A stretch of 60,116 nt of DNA, filler included. It is 4 parts of 4 records of this genome, joined end to end, with 100 filler letters (N's around TTAATTAATTAA, not from the genome) between each part and the next. Parts side by side here need not be neighbours in the genome. Positions count along the whole stretch, not along the records: positions 1 to 14,160 come from SRR31156797_13136; 3 more parts are not named here. One strand, given 5' to 3'. The translations under genes were made by a program, and so were the position numbers. Positions within the stretch are counted from its first letter, which is position 1. Every line of letters starts with the position of its first letter. The notes under the pieces were generated by a model. It did no database searches. It was not told where the DNA came from and saw only the letters and a list, made by a program, of their open reading frames with translations. This document shows positions 1 through 7,730 of the stretch, piece after piece.

Positions 1-2214
1 CCCGAGCCGGAAAGCATGATCCGTGGACCGCCGGCAATGGTCCAGGAGCACCTGCCCCACCCGGACAAGGGCCTCATCCCCCATCTGGTGACCATAACGA
101 TCATTATACTGTTTGAAATAATCGATGTCCATGATCGCAAAAGCCAGGTATTGGCCGGAGCGGCGGACCCTGCGAATTTCAAGGGGAAAGATCTCCTTGA
201 ATTTTCGCCTATTAAAAAGACCGGTCAACGGATCCATGGCCGCAAGCAGTTTTACCTTGTCCTTTTCCTTGCGCAACGCATCTTCAGCCTGGTTTCTTAC
301 CTGGATCTCCTTTCGGAGTCTCAGGTTCAGGTTTGACAGGCGCCGGTTCCAGTAAACGGAAGCCCACAGGATCACCAGGGCCGGCAACAGCACCTTCCAG
401 AGCAGCCCATAGTCAAAACCATGCTCATATCGCAGGGTGATCCACTTCTGATAGATGGTGTTCCGTTCCTTTTCAGAGATGGAAGCGACCGCCTTTTCAA
501 CCAGTGCCGCAAACAGGGGCCAGTCGTTACGCACGGCCATGCTGATCTCAAGTCCATGGGGGGTTGTTCCGGAAACCTTGAGATTGGTGATTCCCTCTTT
601 CTTGATAATATAATTTGCCGTGGCAAGGTTGCCCACATAGGCGTAAGCCTTTCCCGAGACCACAAGGTCAAGGGCCTTTGCCGTGGTGTCTTCAGGATGA
701 AGATCGATGGCCGGATAGTTTTCCCTGAGAATCTCATGTTCCGCATAATCCCTGACAACGGCAACCGTCCATCCATTCAAGGCCGTCAGGTCCTCCACAA
801 AATCCACATCTTCATTGGTGACCACCACCAGGGGAAAACGCAGGTAGGGTTGAGTAAAGGTCATGGTCTTTTGCCGCCGGGCAGTGGGAGCAACGGCGGC
901 CATCATGTCCAGCTGCCTGTTTTCCATGGCGGTCAAGGTGTCCGACCAGCTCATCTCCTTTGAATAGACAAACCGTATGCCAAGACGCTCTTCAAGGATT
1001 CGTACATGGTCGGCGACAATGCCTTCATACCTGCCGTCCGGGGCAATGGATTCAAACGGCGGAGAGTTCACATCGATCCCAAGGCGAATCCTGGGATGTC
1101 CGGCCAGCCACCGGCGCTCCTGCTCGGTGAGGGAGAGCCCCCCGGCACCGGAATAATACGCGTCGATCAGATAAAGCAAATCAAAATGGTACAGCAACGA
1201 CGCACTATGGGATTTTGATAACCCCCTGAAATCGATGCGTTCCCAGGAGTCGGCCAGAAAGCCGGCCACCTGGTCAACGTTGCTGCTGTCGATGGCATAC
1301 ATCCCGGTATTGAACACGGTGTTTTCCTGGGAGAAATCCCTGGCGTTCAGGTAATCGTACATCAGGATCAGCGCCCAGGCCCCTTCGAACATGTGCCCCC
1401 CCACACTCACCCCGATTTGACGGGATCGAATCCCTTTTACGGCATCGGCGCTCCAGTCGATGCCGCCGGTCACGATCCTGTCCCGGCCAATGCCCATCCC
1501 ATTGACGGCATCCATCACCCCAAGGGCGATATCGTCCCCGGCCGCCCACACCGTATTGATATCGGGATAACGGCGAAATGTTGATTCAAACACCGCCCTG
1601 GCCTTTTCCCGGCTCCAGCTTTTGCCGGCATCCACGATCCCGTACAGGGTCACATCCTCCCGGTTTGAAACAACCGTTTTCAACCCATTGACACGATCAA
1701 TGGATGATTTTTCCCGGGGATTTCCCTGGATGGCAAGCATGCGGATCCTGTCCCATCCGGCCGCTTTACCGATATCGATCAACCGTTCGGCAAGCAATCC
1801 CCCGGCCCTGACATCACCCGGTGTAATGCTGCCGATCCAGTAGGGAAACTGTTTTCGCGGCACCATCATGGGATCGCCAAAACCTGTGTTATAAAGCAGG
1901 GCGGGCACCTTGAACCGGCCCGCGACCCTGAGGATCTCCCGGCCGACATTTTCGTAATTCATGAAAATGATACCGTCCGTTCCCAGTCGGCAGGCGTTTC
2001 TCACCTGTTCCAGCATGGTTTCCCCACGGTTGCCGGCATCATGGACCGTAAGGGTCACCCCAAGATCCCCGGCCGCCGACCGGGTAAGCCTGACCAGGGT
2101 GGACCAGAAACGGGTGTCATCCCGGGGAACGAACAGGGACACCCGGAAAGCCGCAACCGGAGAGACAAACAGCAGGGAAAGAATCACGATAACGACCAAC
2201 CTGCTTTTTACCAT
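1..2214 (-). CDS. Diguanylate cyclase with two periplasmic binding-protein sensor domains (type I sugar-binding-like + type II PBPb), TM helix and GGDEF; 3' end truncated at window edge
   Basis: Not in the ORF track because it runs off the edge. Hand translation gives one open minus frame from ATG 2214 (RBS GGAGGAGG just upstream): signal MVKSRLVVIVILSLLFVSPVAA, LTEQERRWLAGHPRIRLGID, TM DYGLLWKVLLPALVILWASVYWNRRL, DPLTGLFNRR, IMDIDYFKQYNDRYGHQMGDEAL, ending AFRLG at the start of the GG(D/E)EF motif. Confidence 0.9.
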   Translation of the reverse strand, partial: MVKSRLVVIVILSLLFVSPVAAFRVSLFVPRDDTRFWSTLVRLTRSAAGDLGVTLTVHDAGNRGETMLEQVRNACRLGTDGIIFMNYENVGREILRVAGRFKVPALLYNTGFGDPMMVPRKQFPYWIGSITPGDVRAGGLLAERLIDIGKAAGWDRIRMLAIQGNPREKSSIDRVNGLKTVVSNREDVTLYGIVDAGKSWSREKARAVFESTFRRYPDINTVWAAGDDIALGVMDAVNGMGIGRDRIVTGGIDWSADAVKGIRSRQIGVSVGGHMFEGAWALILMYDYLNARDFSQENTVFNTGMYAIDSSNVDQVAGFLADSWERIDFRGLSKSHSASLLYHFDLLYLIDAYYSGAGGLSLTEQERRWLAGHPRIRLGIDVNSPPFESIAPDGRYEGIVADHVRILEERLGIRFVYSKEMSWSDTLTAMENRQLDMMAAVAPTARRQKTMTFTQPYLRFPLVVVTNEDVDFVEDLTALNGWTVAVVRDYAEHEILRENYPAIDLHPEDTTAKALDLVVSGKAYAYVGNLATANYIIKKEGITNLKVSGTTPHGLEISMAVRNDWPLFAALVEKAVASISEKERNTIYQKWITLRYEHGFDYGLLWKVLLPALVILWASVYWNRRLSNLNLRLRKEIQVRNQAEDALRKEKDKVKLLAAMDPLTGLFNRRKFKEIFPLEIRRVRRSGQYLAFAIMDIDYFKQYNDRYGHQMGDEALVRVGQVLLDHCRRSTDHAFRLG

Positions 2215-2330
2215 CAATGCCTCCTCCGGAAATATTTTTCTCACATCATACAGCCTATCGCAGCGATTGTTCAAGGGAAATGAGGCCATGGACGCCCCCG
2301 CCGACAGCGCCGGTTCTTCATTTTTCGTTT

Positions 2331-2354
2331 TTATAAAAACCTTGATTTTTATAA
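2331..2354. promoter_or_regulatory. AT-rich inverted repeat in divergent promoter region (possible operator)
   Basis: TTATAAAAA-N6-TTTTTATAA between the divergent DGC and the T6SS operon. Confidence 0.3.
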
Positions 2355-2455
2355 TGACACCGGCTAAACATGAATAGAATCATCCAAGCCCCAAAACAGT
2401 ATAATATCGTAGCCGCTTGAGTAGCATCCATTGACACGAACAGGGAAATGGCGCT

Positions 2456-4360
2456 GTGGAAAAAGCTTTTGAGACGATCTCTTTGATTCCGTACATCGAA
2501 TCCGCCGGTGGTGGATTTCGCCTGAAGATAGCCTTGACCGACCCACGGTCCATGGAAGAATCCGCGTTTCCCTTCCAGCTCGTGAATGCCCCCCGGCCCC
2601 TGTCCCGGCTGGTCAGGGCGGCCATCACAACCGGCCATGGCGCCACCATCAGGCAACTCTTTCTCCTGGTCCAGCACCATGGCGCCGTCCCCCCCGGCGA
2701 CGGCCTCACCCGGGTGACAAACACCACCATCGATACCCTGTGGCAGCAGACCCGGACGGCCTATTCCGACGCCCCGGAAAAAGCACACGGTTTCATTCCC
2801 TTTCCGGACAAGGGGGAGCAGGAAACGCCCCCCCCGTATTTCAAACCCCTGTTTTTCTGCAAGGAACGGCACATTTACTTTCATCCCCCCTGCCCTGAAT
2901 GCGGAAAAGAACTCACCCTGTGCCGGGATGACGAACAATTGAAACGGGCGGGCCTGGCCATGTTTTCGACCTCCATGGAACGCCATCTATACTGCCCCGG
3001 CTGTGTTGCCTCAAAGGGTTCCTCGACCTTTTATAAATGGTCGCGACAGCCCGGCGACGCCGTGTTTGTCAAGGACAGGACAGACCTGGTCGTTGACTTT
3101 AAGCTGCTGAGGCAGCCGGGGGCCCCCCAATGCGGTTTTCCCTGCACCTCCTGCCCCAACCACAGCGAGTGCTACATCCTGGACCAGAAGGCAAAGAAGC
3201 GCATCGCCTTTTTTTCCTTTTATCCCTTTTACATGCTCGTGTTCGAGGCTTGCGCCCTGAACGCGGTTGATTTCCAGGCCCTTGCCGCAGGCGCCCCGGA
3301 AGACGAGATCAACCAGATGCTTCACCAGGGAAGCAAAGGGGTCACCCTTCCCTTTCCCTGCCGGTTTTTCTTTGAAAATGACGAGCGGCTCTTCCTGGAG
3401 ATCCTGTTCGTGAAGCTGTCGTTCCTGGGCCAGGTGCTGGACATCCTCACGGCACGGGCAGACCGTGGGATCTGGCCCGGCAGCGGGTTCACGGCCCAAA
3501 GCCTCTGGATCGAGCCCATGAAAGAAACAACGCCCCTGCCCTGGCTCTGGAGCTTCAGGGTCGCCATGATCGACCTTCTGGAAACCGCCCCCGGCCAGAG
3601 CGGTTCAAGGGAATTTTCAATCCCCGCTTTTTTCCGTTTTTTTTCCTCCCTCTGGTTCTACACCCTGGCCGTGAACAAGACCCAGACCTTTGAGAGCGTT
3701 CTCAGAAAGATCGATACCCCCACGGATGCCATGGAAAGGGAAACGCCCCTTGCCATGGAGGACATCTTCTGGGACCCGGCGCGTTTTGAACCGCCAAAGG
3801 AATATCACCGGTTCTGGGCCGAGGCCGTCCAGCTGGGACTTGGCATGAAAACGGTCACGGGGGAGGACACCCTGAACCGGGTGACAGCGCTTCTGGCCGA
3901 CCGGATAAAAAAACTTGGACAAGAGATCAAAGAGACGCTCTTTGCCCCGACCCAGGGCCGCCCCATAGCCCCCCGTGAACAAAGAGCCGCTCCCGACACG
4001 GTAAAAAACCCGGCCCTGGCACAAATGCTCACCGCCATCCTCCGGAGGTGGCAGACTGAGGCCACGGAGAGCACCGGAACCTCCGGGGAGATGATAGGGA
4101 TGGAGGATGACGACGTGCTTGAGACCGTCGTCCTCTCTGGGCCAAAGGAGGAACAGGAGCTGGACAAGACCGTTGTGATCACCCCGGATTCCCAGCCTCC
4201 CCAGGAGGAAGGACTTGAAAAGACCATGATCATGTCGGTGCCGACAGCGCCTTCCCCGCCGGAGCCGGGCCCGGCAAGTCCGGCGGAAAAAGGATTTGAC
4301 GATCTCGAGGAGACCGTGATCCTGACACCCGGCAAACAACAAAAGGAGAAAAAGCCATGA
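2456..4360 (+). CDS. T6SS-associated hypothetical protein, Cys-rich (putative metal-binding) with acidic/Pro-rich tail
   Basis: 634-aa ORF heading the operon. Cys clusters CKERHIYFHPPCPECG...LC, YCPGC and CGFPCTSCPNHSEC; disordered tail with four TxxI/L/M motifs. Confidence 0.8.
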   Translation: MEKAFETISLIPYIESAGGGFRLKIALTDPRSMEESAFPFQLVNAPRPLSRLVRAAITTGHGATIRQLFLLVQHHGAVPPGDGLTRVTNTTIDTLWQQTRTAYSDAPEKAHGFIPFPDKGEQETPPPYFKPLFFCKERHIYFHPPCPECGKELTLCRDDEQLKRAGLAMFSTSMERHLYCPGCVASKGSSTFYKWSRQPGDAVFVKDRTDLVVDFKLLRQPGAPQCGFPCTSCPNHSECYILDQKAKKRIAFFSFYPFYMLVFEACALNAVDFQALAAGAPEDEINQMLHQGSKGVTLPFPCRFFFENDERLFLEILFVKLSFLGQVLDILTARADRGIWPGSGFTAQSLWIEPMKETTPLPWLWSFRVAMIDLLETAPGQSGSREFSIPAFFRFFSSLWFYTLAVNKTQTFESVLRKIDTPTDAMERETPLAMEDIFWDPARFEPPKEYHRFWAEAVQLGLGMKTVTGEDTLNRVTALLADRIKKLGQEIKETLFAPTQGRPIAPREQRAAPDTVKNPALAQMLTAILRRWQTEATESTGTSGEMIGMEDDDVLETVVLSGPKEEQELDKTVVITPDSQPPQEEGLEKTMIMSVPTAPSPPEPGPASPAEKGFDDLEETVILTPGKQQKEKKP

Positions 4361-4393
4361 ACCGACCCGAGCCTGATTTCCCGGACAAAGCCC

Positions 4394-5119
4394 ATGAATA
4401 AATCAGGGATGATGGATACACTGGAACACGCCCTTGCCGACCTGTTCCAGGAACAGGGCCCGGATGCGGAGCATGCTCTGGAAACCTATTTAAGGGAGAA
4501 GCTGGCAGCCCTTGAGCTTAAGGAACAGACAGAGCTGCTCCTTGAACTGATCCAGCGGTTCGACCCTGAATGCGCGACGGCCAGCGGGGCCATGACCGTG
4601 GACGACACCCAGCTGGCCAGGATCTGCTCCCTCCTGCTCGGCAGGGATCTGACCCGGGAGGGCCTTACGCCGGACCAGCTTCTGGAGAAGCTTGCCGACT
4701 CGCTGAACACCGTGTTCGACGCCCTGAACCGGCTGATCAGCACCATCAACGCCACCCTTGTGGGTGACCATGACTCGGACCAGACCATCCGCCAGGTAAT
4801 TGGCTACCACCTTGGGGGGGAGGAGGACGCAACAAGCCTTGAAAAGCATATCGGCCAGATCTCAAGTGCGTTCCTGGCCACCCAGAACGCCTTTAAGCAG
4901 GCGGCCCAGGCAAAGGTGGAGCAGATCCTCCAGGAATTTGCCCCGGACAAGATAGAACAGGATGCCGGTGTGACCCGTTTGAGTCCCATGCGCAAGGCCA
5001 AATGCTATGACGCCTACGAAGCAAAGTTCGCAAAATTCCGGCGCTGGGTCGAGTCCGACGGATTCATGGAGTCCTATTTAAGGGAGGTCGAAAGAAACTG
5101 CCACAAAATTTCATTGTAA
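4394..5119 (+). CDS. Protein resembling the TagH/Fha C-terminal helical domain, without an FHA domain
   Basis: C-terminal AFKQAAQAKVEQILQEFAPDKIE...KAKCYDAYEAKF...FMESYLREVER resembles T6SS Fha C-termini; located immediately before tssJ. Confidence 0.65.
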   Translation: MNKSGMMDTLEHALADLFQEQGPDAEHALETYLREKLAALELKEQTELLLELIQRFDPECATASGAMTVDDTQLARICSLLLGRDLTREGLTPDQLLEKLADSLNTVFDALNRLISTINATLVGDHDSDQTIRQVIGYHLGGEEDATSLEKHIGQISSAFLATQNAFKQAAQAKVEQILQEFAPDKIEQDAGVTRLSPMRKAKCYDAYEAKFAKFRRWVESDGFMESYLREVERNCHKISL

Positions 5120-5133
5120 CAAAGGAGAAACCC

Positions 5134-5676
5134 GTGAAACTTCCATTCAGCTATTTCGTTGTCCTGGCCGTTGTTCTCATCTGTTCCTGCGCTCCAAAGG
5201 TCCTGCCGCCGCCCCAGTGGACCTATGAAACCGATGCCGTCAAGGTGAGGATCAAGGCCGACCCCATGCTCAACCGGGACGAGGGCAAGGCCCACACCCT
5301 CCATGCCTGTTTTTACCAGCTCAAGGATCCCAACGCCTTCAACCAGCTGGCAGGCGACCGGGAAGGCCTCTACAGCCTCCTTCGCTGCGACCTGTTCGAT
5401 CCGGGGGTTGCCAGCTCAAAGACCGTAACGGTCAATCCCGGGGAGGATACCACCCTGGTCTTTGACCGGGCGGAATCGGCCAAGTACTTTGCCGTGGTCG
5501 CAGGCTATTACGGCATCAAAAAGGACCGGATCGTCCGGCTGATCCAATTCCCGGTCATCACTGAACGGAAAGGCTTCTTCACGACGGCCAAAACCCGGCG
5601 CCCGGGCCTCCTGGACGTGACCCTGACCCTCGGCGCCCTGCAGATCGAGAACCTCAAGGAGAATGTGGATGAATAA
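5134..5676 (+). CDS. tssJ: T6SS outer-membrane lipoprotein TssJ
   Basis: Lipobox ICSC, ADPMLN, YQLKD, YFAVVAGYY; precedes tssK; RBS AGGAG. Confidence 0.9.
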   Translation: MKLPFSYFVVLAVVLICSCAPKVLPPPQWTYETDAVKVRIKADPMLNRDEGKAHTLHACFYQLKDPNAFNQLAGDREGLYSLLRCDLFDPGVASSKTVTVNPGEDTTLVFDRAESAKYFAVVAGYYGIKKDRIVRLIQFPVITERKGFFTTAKTRRPGLLDVTLTLGALQIENLKENVDE

Positions 5677-7054
5677 ACCCCTGTTCTGGCACCAGGGCCT
5701 GTTTTTACAGCCCCAGCATTTCCAGTTGAACGACCTGTACCAGCGTTCCCTGGTGGAGCCGGTCTACCGCTATTTTCCGCCCTATCCCTGGGGGGTTGCC
5801 AGCCTTGATATCATAGCGTCGGCCCTGGCCAACTTTTCGGTTGATATTTCAGCCGGGGAATTCCTCTTCCCGGACAACACCCATGCCGTGCTCTCCAGGA
5901 ACGCCGTGATCCAGGCCCGGTCCTTCGAGCAGGCCTGGACGGACGGAAGCAAGCGCTTTACCGTGTATGTCGGCCTCAAAAAGTTCAGCCACGACAAGGA
6001 AAATGTCTCGGTGGTGCCCGATCCTTCCCACTGCGGGGAGCAGACCACCCGCTTTGTCTCGGCAACGGATCCCCAGGAGGTCCGGGACCTTCACCACACC
6101 GGCCCCGGGGCCCAGGTGAAACAGATGGACCTGCTGCTCAGGATCTTCTGGGAGAGTGAACTGCCCCAGCTGGGGGATTATCTGATCATTCCCGTGGCCC
6201 GCCTGGAGCGGAGCGGGGAGGAGATCCTGCTGTCCAAACGGTTCATTCCCCCCTGCGTCACGGTCAGCGCCTCCACGGTCCTGGAGGATCTTATCCGGGA
6301 GATCATGGACCAGCTGGGGGCAAAAACCCGCCAGCTCGAAGCGAGCAAACGGGACAAGGGCGTCCATACGGCCGAGTTCGGGTCAAGGGACATGGTGTTC
6401 ATGCTGGCCCTCAGGTCCCTGAACCGATACCTGCCCCTGCTGTCCCACTACCGTAGCACCCCCCAGCTCCATCCCTGGTCCCTGTACGGGGTGCTCAGGC
6501 AGCTGGTGGGAGAGCTATCCTCCTTTTCCGTGGAAATATCGGCTACGGGAGAGCTTGCGGACGGCACCCACCTGATGAAGCGCTATGACCACAAAGAACT
6601 CTGGGAGTGCTTCTCCACCATCCAGAGCCTCATCACCAGGCTGCTGGACGACATCACCGCGGGTCCGGAGTATGTGATCGCCCTGGCCTATGACGGCACC
6701 TATTTTACGGCCGAGCTGGCCCCCCAAATCTTTGACGGGCACAACCGCTTCTTCCTGGTTTTCCAGTCCGAAGAGGCCCCCGAGGCCCTGGTGGAGGCCG
6801 TGACCCACATTGCAAAGCTGGGGGCCCGGGAGTCGCTGCCCATTCTCATTGCCCAGTCATTGCCGGGCATACGGTCGGACCATCTTTCCACCGTGCCCCA
6901 GGAGCTGCCCAGAAAAGCCGGTTGCGTCTACTTTCAGCTCGACCACCACGGGGAGCAGTGGGCCCAGGTCCAGGCCCGGAACAACCTTGCCCTGTACTGG
7001 GACATGGCGCCGGAGGATCTCACCGTGGAACTGATGGTGGTAAGAAGGAGTTAG
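5669..7054 (+). CDS. tssK: T6SS baseplate subunit TssK
   Basis: N-terminal KPLFWHQGLFLQPQHFQ, FIPPC, HPWSLY, LPGI...VPQELP motifs. Confidence 0.95.
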   Translation: MNKPLFWHQGLFLQPQHFQLNDLYQRSLVEPVYRYFPPYPWGVASLDIIASALANFSVDISAGEFLFPDNTHAVLSRNAVIQARSFEQAWTDGSKRFTVYVGLKKFSHDKENVSVVPDPSHCGEQTTRFVSATDPQEVRDLHHTGPGAQVKQMDLLLRIFWESELPQLGDYLIIPVARLERSGEEILLSKRFIPPCVTVSASTVLEDLIREIMDQLGAKTRQLEASKRDKGVHTAEFGSRDMVFMLALRSLNRYLPLLSHYRSTPQLHPWSLYGVLRQLVGELSSFSVEISATGELADGTHLMKRYDHKELWECFSTIQSLITRLLDDITAGPEYVIALAYDGTYFTAELAPQIFDGHNRFFLVFQSEEAPEALVEAVTHIAKLGARESLPILIAQSLPGIRSDHLSTVPQELPRKAGCVYFQLDHHGEQWAQVQARNNLALYWDMAPEDLTVELMVVRRS

Positions 7055-7055
7055 A

Positions 7056-7730
7056 ATGCGACTTGCCGACTGCTTCACCGATATTTTTGCCTACACCCTG
7101 TTCCTGGCAAAGAGCGGCCAGTCCAGGGGGGTCTCCTTTGACCAGGCAATGGCCGACACGGACCGGATGCTCCAGGAGAGCGTAAGCCTTGCCCAGGGCA
7201 TGGGCATTCCCGATATGGATTATGACCTTGCCCGGTTTGCCGTGGCCGCCTGGGTGGACGAAGCGATCATGGGATCCGCCTGGGAGGGTAAGGGCCTGTG
7301 GCAACGGGAGCAGCTCCAGCGGCGGCTGTACCAGACCACCGAGGCGGGAGAGCTCTTCTTCCAGCGCCTCAACACGGTGGGGCCCCACCAGAACGAGGTA
7401 AGGGAGGTGTTCTACCTTTGCCTGGCCCTTGGCTTCACCGGCCAGTACTGCAACCCCGGAGACGAGATGCTCCTGGACCAGTTGAAGAGCTCCAACCTCA
7501 AACTGATAACGGGCAGCTCGGTGGAGCTGCCTTCCCTGACGTCCATGCCCCTGTTTCCCGAGGCCCTGGCCCGGGAAGAAAGCCGGGAACAGGCCCGGGG
7601 CCGGAGCCGGTTCTCCCTTATGTTCCTGGGGGCCTTTATCATTCCCCTGGGGCTGTACGGGACCCTGTTCGTCCTGTACCGGTTCATACTGTCAAACATT
7701 GGAGAGACCATCATAGGCAGGATACCATAG
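7056..7730 (+). CDS. tssL: T6SS membrane subunit TssL (DotU family), no OmpA domain
   Basis: ARFAVAAWVDE, LQRRLY...AGELFF, EVFYLCLALGFTGQY, C-terminal TM helix. Confidence 0.95.
   Translation: MRLADCFTDIFAYTLFLAKSGQSRGVSFDQAMADTDRMLQESVSLAQGMGIPDMDYDLARFAVAAWVDEAIMGSAWEGKGLWQREQLQRRLYQTTEAGELFFQRLNTVGPHQNEVREVFYLCLALGFTGQYCNPGDEMLLDQLKSSNLKLITGSSVELPSLTSMPLFPEALAREESREQARGRSRFSLMFLGAFIIPLGLYGTLFVLYRFILSNIGETIIGRIP

Noticed and set aside
16-2377. Plus-strand ORFs 16-336, 421-963, 1006-1218, 1961-2377 and similar
   Set aside because: Antisense shadows of the minus-strand diguanylate cyclase.
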